This document shows positions 11,769 to 19,815 of a stretch of 19,815 nt of DNA, piece by piece. The position numbers and the translations under genes were made by a program. Below the pieces are notes generated by a model, which did not search any database, was not told the origin of the DNA, and saw only the letters and a list, made by a program, of their open reading frames with translations. Location: contig JANKJI020000002.1 of assembly GCA_024626585.2 (NCBI GenBank), positions 171,010,769 through 171,030,583 on the forward strand, read 5' to 3'. Source of the DNA: Ginkgo biloba. Lineage: Eukaryota > Plantae > Ginkgophyta. How positions within the stretch are numbered: the stretch's first letter is position 1; each line of letters starts with the position of its first letter.

Positions 11769-11858
11769 TGTTTTTTCCTTTTTCTTCAAGAGCTGCAGGG
11801 CTTGCTCCCGTTCCACTTTTCTCTGTTCCTCCTTTTCTTTGGAAACAGAAACTGCCTC
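11767..11858 (-). CDS. 3xHMG-box: 3xHMG-box exon 8, 5' piece (EAVSVSKEKEEQRKVEREQALQLLKKKEKT)
   Basis: gcacag|GAG acceptor; conserved ALQLLKKKEKT; then runs into foreign sequence. Confidence 0.9.
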
Positions 11859-12272
11859 CTGTGCATACACACTAAATTGTCAATTATGTAAGAAAACCCT
11901 AAAGAGAATAGTAAAGTATTTTAATTATCTTTGAACAGATAAAAATCTTTGAGACCGAAACATATTATGCAAATCTACTTTTCTACAAGTTCTTTTCTAG
12001 TATTAGCATGCCATAAATTATGGGGGGGAGTTTCTAGATGCTCTAAATGAGTGGTTTTTAAGAGAGGTCTCGCCCTCTTAATATTTGGGATGACGGTATC
12101 CTCCAAGGCTATATTTGGGATGGCATGCTGCAGACTCTGCTTCTTGGGTTCATACAGTCGAGGCATATTTCCCTGCAAGGTATTTTTGGTTGATTCTCCT
12201 ATCTCCCTATAACACTTAGCACATCACAAGAATGCATTCTTAACACTACAACAAGGGCGGGCCTCTGCTTAC

Positions 12273-12338
12273 CTCAGCCTTCTTCTGTTTGTACAATTCC
12301 AACTCTTGCATGTAGCGTTCTTTGGCCTCCCCAGCAAT
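12273..12338 (-). CDS. 3xHMG-box: 3xHMG-box exon 7 (IAGEAKERYMQELELYKQKKAE)
   Basis: catgaag|ATT (AAG) acceptor; GAG|GTAAGC donor; 66 nt; helix 3 of box 2. Confidence 0.9.
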
Positions 12339-12445
12339 CTTCATGGAAACAGCGAAACATTAAGTCACAGAGAATTAAGAAGATGAAGTCTGCATATCCA
12401 GACAAAGTATTTGTACAGCACCAAACCAGATTGAGCAGAAAATAC

Positions 12446-12511
12446 CTGCTCGTATGGTGCCCGTGCTTCTTTGGTCATGTTTTTCCATTCCTCTCCCAAA
12501 ATTTTTGCAAT
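12446..12511 (-). CDS. 3xHMG-box: 3xHMG-box exon 6 (IAKILGEEWKNMTKEARAPYEQ)
   Basis: ttttgcag|ATT acceptor; CAG|GTATTT donor; 66 nt; HMG box 2. Confidence 0.95.
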
Positions 12512-12617
12512 CTGCAAAAGGTTAACCGTTAAGGAGAACATCCTTAAAAAAGATGTACACACATAACCATATATAATTCTGCAAGCTTGATTCTAAGAGA
12601 ATGAAACCCCTAAATAC

Positions 12618-12638
12618 CTCCAAGACATTAAGATCTTT
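12618..12638 (-). CDS. 3xHMG-box: 3' remnant of 3xHMG-box exon 5 (KDLNVLE)
   Basis: NVLE directly precedes donor GAG|GTATTT and a 106-nt intron to IAKILGEEW, as expected from homologous NVLE-VAK. The upstream sequence does not continue the HMG box and has an in-frame TGA. Confidence 0.6.
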
Positions 12639-14212
12639 TGCATTTACATTTTTCCAGATAATCATTTGTCAAACTGCATTATAATAACCAAATCTTTTTT
12701 ATTTTCCTTAAACTATCTATCATCAACTATCTTAAACTAACTACAATTAAAGTCTAAAGTCTTTGTTTTCTTTGCCATCATCATTATCATCTGACTCATA
12801 GCTGCCCATTTCAATNNNNNNNNNNNNNNNNNNNNNNNNNNNNNNNNNNNNNNNNNNNNNNNNNNNNNNNNNNNNNNNNNNNNNNNNNNNNNNNNNNNNN
12901 NNNNNNNNNNNNNNNATTCAATCATGCATCAAAAAGAAATATTTATTTTAGTTTCCTTTTCCTTTTCTTTAAATGAAAATCAATACCTTCACAATTATTG
13001 AGCTAACAAAAGAGGAAAATCATAAATAATGCACATGGGATCCACAAAGTTTTTTCTTCAAAAAAGTGAATCCAACTCCAATCGAGCAAACCTCCAAGCT
13101 TTCATGAATCTGCGCCCTCCCATCCAAGTTGCTCCAAGATGTGTAAGATGAAATGGAATGCTTAGGAAATTTAGATAGGGTGGATTAAGGGAAGTACGTG
13201 GAAAAAAATAGTTTGTGACTATGGACAAGCTATCAATCTCTCTCCCCAAATATAAAGCTCCCAAAGCAACTACAAGCTCCAATGCAACCAATAGAAATTC
13301 CAGTAGCATAACAATACTCATAAATTAAAAAAGGCTCAATCAACAAATGGACTGCATAATAGTGCATAAATTCTTCTCCCCAAATTCTGTCACAATCCCT
13401 CAATTTATAGGAAAAAATTAGAGAACTAGTAGATTTTAGAAGCAAAGGCGTTTGTAGTCAATTTCCCAACAATCTCTAGGTAGCTATGCGGTCAAGTGGT
13501 CTAGAATTTGTCGAGATAAGGACTTATCACAAAAAAATGGTAAATATTTCTTAAAAATATATGTCATGAGGCACTAAACAATGTACCATAGAAATACACA
13601 AAATATTAGTAAGATACCATGATAGGGAACATATTTCCATGGTATTGTGGAAATGCACACTTCTAAAGTGAGCAATGCCATAGTAATAAAAACTCAAGGG
13701 TGTGATTCCACGGTGTCAAGTTTTATAAAAAAATAGAAAAACATAGAAAAAAATAATGGAAAAAAGGAGAAAAAATATATGTGCTTAGAGTAGAGAGTGG
13801 CAAGATGTTGGGAGCTTAAAGACATATAGAGAATGAGTTAGATTACTTTTATCAATAAAGATAAAAATACTATACAATTATGGGTGTGTGTGCCATCAGG
13901 CACTATTGATAAAATAATAACTTACATCATATAGGAGTCAAAAGTGATCTCCTAGTACAAGAACATACTAATTCCCCAAAATCTTGGTTACACATATTCA
14001 TAAAGATTTTTATCCCTACTTTAATAGTTTATGCTATAGATTTTTATCATCAACATATAAATTCAAAATCCAATAAATATAATATCTACCTCTTACTCTT
14101 ATCATTTCCCTCTACATCCTGCATCATCACCAATCAACCAAATTTTCCATCAACTACACTGTTACACAGATCCAGCCATTTCTCGTGTTTACTACTTTCC
14201 ACAACCAAGATG

Positions 14213-14443
14213 ATGTTCCTATTTTAGCATTCACTGGATCATTTTGATGTCTAAAAGAATTAATTTTTTGCAATGATGATTTTATATTTACTCGTTCACT
14301 TAAACATTCTAATGCTGCTGTTTACCACCATGTTCATGTTTCTTTTATAGCATTCACTAAGTGAGTTTATGTCTCTAAGAATAAACTTTTAGGCAATAGA
14401 TTGATGATTCTATATTTTCGTGTTCATATTTAGCATTCTTATG
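14213..14443. repeat. Diverged intronic tandem duplication, ~123-bp period
   Basis: tagcattcact at 14225 and 14348, each followed by similar atgtct..aagaat..gcaat..gatgatt.tatattt..gttca..cattct.atg blocks. Confidence 0.7.
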
Positions 14444-14559
14444 TATTTCTCCTTGGGTACTTTTAGCTCAATGTTTGCATGACTGTCTCTGGTGTTCACT
14501 TCCCTCTGCTGTATTTTCATTTAGAACCATGGAGAAATTCTAGCAGCATTGAATCTCAC

Positions 14560-14667
14560 CTTCTTGTATTGGAGATACTGGTCCAGTAGCTCAAGAGCAG
14601 TCTTCTGTTTCTGCTCTTCATGGAGAAGCTTTAATCCTTCAGTCTCACGCCTTTCTTGTCCAATGAC
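14560..14667 (-). CDS. 3xHMG-box: 3xHMG-box exon 4 (VIGQERRETEGLKLLHEEQKQKTALELLDQYLQYKK)
   Basis: Acceptor ttaacag|GTC; donor AAG|GTGAGA; 108 nt; conserved QKTA.ELLDQYL linker; 88-nt upstream intron. Confidence 0.95.
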
Positions 14668-14755
14668 CTGTTAAAGTGCAGGATTGTAAGGGCAAGCTCT
14701 TTAAATATCTGTTGGGTTAGACTACGTTTCATATTCTCTAATGTTCCAGCCTCAC

Positions 14756-14883
14756 CTGCAAGTATGCTTCCTTTTCATTTTGGTACTTCTCTTCATAAGG
14801 TTTCTTCTCCTCCGCGCTCAAAACTTTCCATTTTGCTCCCAAAATGCCTCCCATATCCTTAAATACAGCATTTGGATTCTCAG
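14756..14883 (-). CDS. 3xHMG-box: 3xHMG-box exon 3 (ENPNAVFKDMGGILGAKWK...EKEAYLQ), 5' edge in gap
   Basis: HMG box 1 helices 2-3; donor CAG|GTGAGG at 14755. Confidence 0.95.
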
Positions 14884-15212
14884 NNNNNNNNNNNNNNNNN
14901 NNNNNNNNNNNNNNNNNNNNNNNNNNNNNNNNNNNNNNNNNNNNNNNNNNNNNNNNNNNNNNNNNNNNNNNNNNNNNNNNNNNCATTTTATATTGATTGA
15001 AATATATTTTGTATCCATAAATAAAATAATTTCATGGAAACATTAAGGATTTAATAACTTGAGGTATAAAACTCCTAATGTTTCTTTTTCCTCTCCTCTT
15101 GTGTTCACTATTTTTTTGCCATTCTAGTTCACTCTTTTCAACTAGGAGGTAAACCCATTTAATATCACAAAAAAAAATGTGTAATATATATTAGAAATTC
15201 AAACTTCCATTC

Positions 15213-15520
15213 CAACCCCACAAATCATACACACAGATTCTGAATAAGCTGCCTTTCAACCCCACAACTCATACACAGATCATGAATAAGTTCGCATCAA
15301 ACCTAGTAACTCATAGACACAAAAGATCGAGGGTAGCTTCCCTTCAGACCAAAAATCTCATATACAAAAAAAAAACAATCAGAATAACTTTCTTTGAAGC
15401 CCAACACAACACACAGTCCTTGACTCAATCCAAAATCCTATACAGAGAACAGAATTAATTACCTTCAGATACAAAAAATCATATACACGCAAGCTTTCAG
15501 AATAACTTCACTTCATAACA
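15213..15520. repeat. Degenerate ~43-bp minisatellite in intron 2 (about 6-7 copies)
   Basis: Recurring caaccccacaa.tcatacacaga...gaataa(g/c)t blocks; the first two copies are nearly identical and later ones decay. Confidence 0.7.
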
Positions 15521-15615
15521 AACAATTCAGATTCCACATTTACTTTCCTCAAGAAAGAACAAAACTTAGCCGTGAGTGCATCCACCGCCCATATTTGTTT
15601 GCATGTTAGCCCTAC

Positions 15616-15753
15616 CTGGTTCCACTGGTCTCGGCACCACAAAATATAAGCTGAAGCAGGTTTCTTTGGCCGGTTTGCATTGTTCTTCTTCTTTTTCTTC
15701 TCCTCCTTTGAAAGCTCTGTCATGCGCAGGGACTGCTCCAAAGCAAAGCCCTG
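15616..15753 (-). CDS. 3xHMG-box: 3xHMG-box exon 2 ((Q)GFALEQ...PKKPASAYILWCRDQWNQ), start of HMG box 1
   Basis: Tandem CAGCAG acceptor (exon starts at 15753 or 15750); donor CAG|GTAGGG at 15615; phase 0. Confidence 0.93.
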
Positions 15754-16199
15754 CTGCAACCAAAAATGAATACTAACTGTAAAGTAAGCATAAATCTAGA
15801 TAAAACATTATAAACCATTTTTTCCCACAAAATAGCAGCGTAACCTCATTTCTGCTACAACATAAAAGCAGGATTAACCACGTGGCCTCAATAAAGCTAT
15901 AGAATAAACAGCAACAACTGAAATTTTCCACAAGCAGAAGAGGTGCCAACAACTATGTGAATTTGGTCTAGTGGTTGATGAGTGGCATAAGATCAATACC
16001 ACGGAATCATCATTTGAATACACATTAAACGACTTAGCCTCAGAGATCTACAGTAACCAGATAGAGGAAACCGCGGTCTCAATTGCCTAGGGACCTCAGC
16101 TTACTATTGTTTCCCTTTGGACTTCGACGCCGCATAAAGATGAGGCGGGGAAGAATATTGCAGAGCAGGAGTTAAAAACAAACTATAATGGGGAAAATG

Positions 16200-16207
16200 A
16201 AACCCTA
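16200..16207 (+). promoter_or_regulatory. Telo-box (AAACCCTA) in intron 1 of the 3xHMG-box gene
   Basis: Exact motif in a CpG-retaining first intron, with related AAAACCCTG copies nearby. Short motif that could be chance. Confidence 0.35.
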
Positions 16208-16375
16208 GATTAGAGTTCAAAAACCCTGTATTATTTCCTTAATACCCCTGTTCGGGTGCAGGGTACTACTGCTTCTAGAGGAGTTAGGGCATATGGAAAT
16301 GGACTTCACTGGAGCAAATAACAAAAACCCTGTTATAGGCAGATCAAATCTACTAAAATGGAGGATAAAACGGAC

Positions 16376-16528
16376 CACAGCAGGCTTGAATTCCTTCATT
16401 TTTTGTAGCTTCTTGAGCTCCAGTTGGAGCTTTTCCTGCTCTTGTCCTTTGAGTTGGAGCTGGATCTCCTTTTCCTTCAACAGAGCATCACGTTCCTCCA
16501 GTAGCTTGTCAGTCTTCTCCTTCTCCAT
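16376..16528 (-). CDS. 3xHMG-box: 3xHMG-box exon 1, open part (MEKEKTDKLL...KMKEFKPAV)
   Basis: Conserved coiled-coil LKKLQKMKEFKP. Donor GTG|GTCCGT at 16375. The frame is open from 16570 (DELEAIRQRLEKLS); first ATG at 16528. Confidence 0.9.
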
Positions 16529-16864
16529 GCTCAGTTTTTCAAGCCTCTGTCTTATTGCCTCAAGCTCGTCCTATAACGAAGGATTGAGCTTGTTTGACAA
16601 ATTCTTAAGAATCCTCTTCCATCTCCCTCTTTCCGTTGAAGTAAACACCTCAACATTGTCTTCAAGTTTCTATTAGGACTCTTCATACAGTTTGGTCAAC
16701 ATCATGGGGGAGCTTCTAGAAGGTGACGAGTTTTCATAATAGAAAACGTCAGCTATTTTTTACATGTTGTTATTTTCCTCTAGCTGCCCCATTCCATTCT
16801 TAACCTCCACAACAATAGCAACGTTCTTCTTTGGTTTTCTGACATTGACAACAGAGCTCACCAT
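16529..16864 (-). pseudogene. 3xHMG-box: Decayed N-terminal coding region of 3xHMG-box exon 1
   Basis: ATG 16864 is exactly 112 codons upstream of ATG 16528 in the same frame. Stops: TAA 16760-62, TAA 16673-75, TAG 16670-72, TAG 16571-73. Contains KRILKNLSN. Confidence 0.7.
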
Positions 16865-17387
16865 AAAAGCCGTCTATTTTCGNNNNNNNNNNNNNNNNNN
16901 NNNNNNNNNNNNNNNNNNNNNNNNNNNNNNNNNNNNNNNNNNNNNNNNNNNNNNNNNNNNNNNNNNNNNNNNNNNNNNNNNNATTAGAAGTCAATAGAAA
17001 TAAGTATGCATCTATAATTAATTTTAAATATTTTTAGATATACATTCATGTTGATCGCAATTTAATTCATGGAGCCAAATTCCTCTATGTTAATAAACAT
17101 TTGATCTTCATGTTATAAAGAAATAATACATTTAAGATTTTACTTTCATTATATAACCACAATATGCACATACTAGGATCCATTCTTGGGAACACAAACA
17201 TTATGTAAAATAAAAGATATGAATTGAAGTATAGTAATTTTTTAATGGTTTACTATTATTTTTTGTTAACGATTTTATGCATGTATCCACTCCAAGATCG
17301 TTGCTAAAGTGTGGATCATAATAGGAAAATATGTCCATGGAAATGATTTTTTACAAGTTTGTACTAGTGTATATACACACACACACA

Positions 17388-17545
17388 TACTATATATCTA
17401 AAAAAATTGGAAGTGTACATACATCTATAAAAATTATTGAATAAAAATTTGAATTCGACTACTATCTATACTATATATAAAAAACATTAGAAGTATACAT
17501 CCATCCACCCTAATATATACAATCATTGGATAAAATTTTTAATTT
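17388..17545. repeat. AT-rich ~80-bp direct duplication
   Basis: tactatatat..aaaaa.att.gaagt.tacat.catc occurs at ~17388 and ~17469, each followed by an att..ataaaa.ttt block. Confidence 0.6.
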
Positions 17546-18570
17546 TGCAGCTTAAATATATCAGGTCATTGATTGGCATGGTTTTAGATGAAGCATATAT
17601 ATAGTTTTCTTATTAGATTCTAATTCTTTTCATATAAGATTAATTTTGATGTCTCATTTGTAGTATTTCTTAGATCTTTGTTACTAAGAGTGTGGAGAAA
17701 GATTTTGTCCATTTGACATTGATTGATTGGTTATGTAGGCATTATGACGTGAATTGATTTCCATTAACAAAGAGGGTATATGTTCCTATTAAATTATGTG
17801 AATGAATCAATTTAAAAATCACAACATATTTTCATCTCTTTGGAGTTGAGTAGGTGTTGTGAGGTGAGTTAGTTCTATAAGTGTTGTGATCCATCACCAA
17901 ATATTCATTGGAATTTCTAAACGAAGAAATTTTCTCTGAGATATTACATTTAGAAACATCATATCCATATCCATATATGAAAAAAAATATACTCCACATT
18001 TAATTGGGGTAAGTTCAAATATTCTCTATTATACATATACTCTGCTATAATCAAGGCGAGTTCAAGTATACTTTGCTGTAATTATTTTGTTTAGATAGAC
18101 ATGGGAGAGATTCTGACACAAGTAACGAATGTTATATTATGTAATGGATTTGTAATGGCATTGATTAATTCCACCGATAAGTGAAGATATTTCATAGTTG
18201 ATGTTATATTCTATTTAGTATGATACAATACATCAGAGGGTTAAATATGCAATGCCATAGCTTTTGTTAACGTCTATTTTGGTTAATAACATAGATGCTT
18301 TGAAAGACTTTACTAATTCCATAATTTTTTGGGGTGGATGTGGAATCTTTCTTCCCATTTGGCACTAACTCACATGCACATGACATATTTCCAAACTGGT
18401 AGGAATTTTATGAGATGATTTCCATCTATTTTATCCCTATCATTTATTGGTGTTGTTTCAAAATAATTTTNNNNNNNNNNNNNNNNNNNNNNNNNNNNNN
18501 NNNNNNNNNNNNNNNNNNNNNNNNNNNNNNNNNNNNNNNNNNNNNNNNNNNNNNNNNNNNNNNNNNNNNN

Positions 18571-19815
18571 GTTGATTTATGCTTCATCCACGGATGTCAG
18601 GCTCTTTGATCACTAACAAAGTTGGTTCTTCCTCTGTCAGCGCTTGTCAATTTTTCTTTGGCTGACACCTGTCAGCCCACTAACATAGTGAACGTCGGAT
18701 GCTCCAGCATCAACTAGTCACTAGACAGTCTGATCTACCTCCTACACTTCTGCCAAATATTTCTTGAGGATTTTGGGTGAAATTTTTACTTTCACCTAGT
18801 CCATCTTTTCCCTATAACTATGGAAATACTCCTCTAGGAGATATATCATCTATGTTACATTCTAAATTCTCTATATCAATATCTTGATATATGCTCTCCA
18901 ATATCTAAAAAGGTTTCAAAGCCATATTTCTCCTTTCTTGAAACTTTCTGTTATGTTGTCTTGAAGCACTTCCACCTTCTATTTTTTGGCAAGTGGACTT
19001 AAACACCACTTCTTGATTTGAACCTTTTTTTCCTACATCTCTTATCTAGACACCCTGTCTTCTCTTATTAACCTATTTAAAATCATCCTCATTTCTAGGT
19101 TATTACTATTCCTAAGGATATGTAGGATAATGAAGAATAAAATATACATATTCATGATATTGATTTCATCTATAAGGGATACTCCCATAGTCTAATCACT
19201 AAAGGTATTGATAACTTCCAATATTAATTTTATTGGCTTATGGAATTTGATGTAGGAGAATCTTGGTAGCACTCTAATATAGTGCATAATTTTGGAAGAA
19301 GAGAGAGAAGATGATATATCAATATTATTTTCTTAACAAATTGATAAGCATTTTGGTGTTGGCTTCATTAGCTAGTAAATTCCTACAAATAATACTGACA
19401 CAGTTGAAGAAATAAAGAAGGAGGACTGACATCATCAAAGGAAACTAACACTAACATGAGTTGGAGTGGCCAACATCATCATCGAAGAAGGAAAGGTATA
19501 ACCAACACCATTGGGTAAGAGTGAAATGACATTGATGAAGGATGTACAATATAGTCAGTTGACATTGAGTACTTGATAAAGGACGGATGTTAACATGAGG
19601 GAAAAGATGACCAATAAAGGTGATGACCCATACTGAAATTGACATGAGGTTGATATTTAGTCATGATGATAAGTGGAGTAAGAAATTCATGTCGAAGACT
19701 AATGTCTGGAAATAAGTCTTAGTTACTCATTGGTGAAATTCACCTACCTAAGTTTAATGCATCTAGAGGCCGAAGAGGAAGGGGCATGTGGGAGAGAAAG
19801 TGAAAATTAATGGTA
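18571..19815. mobile_element. Probable retrotransposon debris (possible LINE ORF1 fragment at ~18750-19110 on minus; LTR-like sequence elsewhere)
   Basis: Stop-riddled purine-rich minus frame (EDDFK*VNKRR; QDIDIENLEC) and recurrent ctgaca/tgtcag words. No diagnostic domain seen. Confidence 0.3.

Larger units (their letters stand above)
9768..16864 (-). pseudogene. 3xHMG-box: Plant 3xHMG-box (triple HMG-box, mitotic-chromosome-associated) gene; either N-truncated and functional or a young pseudogene
   Basis: Eleven collinear exons give an N-terminal coiled coil (EQEKLQLELKKLQKMKEFKP) and three HMG boxes: PKKPASAYILWCRDQW..LGAKWK, IAKILGEEWKNM..PYE, and DPNRPKKPPTSFLIFS..ERPG. These match Arabidopsis 3xHMG-box1/2 as I recall them. 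Lesions: 4 in-frame stops in the 5' part, split exon 8, mostly missing exon 5. Confidence 0.9.

Noticed and set aside
13058-13445. Minus-strand ORFs faintly resembling a hAT transposase fragment (DRIW...HYYAVHLL)
   Set aside because: Similarity is too weak to support without a search.
14395-14510. Open frame QREVNTRDSH... after a CAGCAG as candidate exon 5
   Set aside because: The intron would be only ~50 nt, the peptide has no HMG-box similarity and it ends in a stop.
16293-16676. 127-aa plus-strand ORF (and 14741-15046, 15576-15776, 4857-5177, 968-1201)
   Set aside because: Antisense shadows of real exons or LINE sequence; Ser/Phe/Leu-rich with no independent support.
16571-16762. TAA/TAG read as Gln (variant genetic code) or U-to-C editing rescuing exon 1
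   Set aside because: All other exons use CAA/CAG for their many Gln and contain no TAR. The variant code is not known in land plants, and U-to-C editing is organellar whereas this is a spliceosomal-intron nuclear gene.
3612-18609. ORFs that span N runs
   Set aside because: Artefacts of fixed-length scaffold gaps; true distances across gaps are unknown.
18660-18677. Palindrome GGCTGACA-cc-TGTCAGCC
   Set aside because: Short, and lies in probable TE debris rich in ctgaca words; no function can be supported.

Overview
AT-rich land-plant nuclear DNA, probably a seed plant; the repeat decay style suggests a gymnosperm, but this is not certain. It is a fragmented scaffold with nine 100-N gaps and one 24-N gap. 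Bases ~387-6700 hold decayed L1-clade LINE sequence on the minus strand: ORF1 tail, AP endonuclease, RT, zinc-knuckle region and a C-terminal RNase H. It appears to be two diverged copies whose RT-proximal parts overlap across the gap at 3678-3777. A near-perfect 172-bp tandem unit lies downstream of the LINE stop. Bases 9768-16864 (minus) hold an 11-exon plant 3xHMG-box gene that I reconstructed by hand. Most exons are intact with canonical splice sites, but there are three anomalies. (i) The first 98 codons keep the reading frame but carry four TAA/TAG stops and a D-box-like motif one substitution from consensus; an ATG in strong context at 16528 could give an N-truncated, D-box-less protein. 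(ii) Exon 8 is split by a MULE-like segment rich in AACGG (MSA-like) motifs. (iii) Most of exon 5 is not visible. The rest of the window is AT-rich intergenic or intronic DNA with degenerate minisatellites and probable TE debris.
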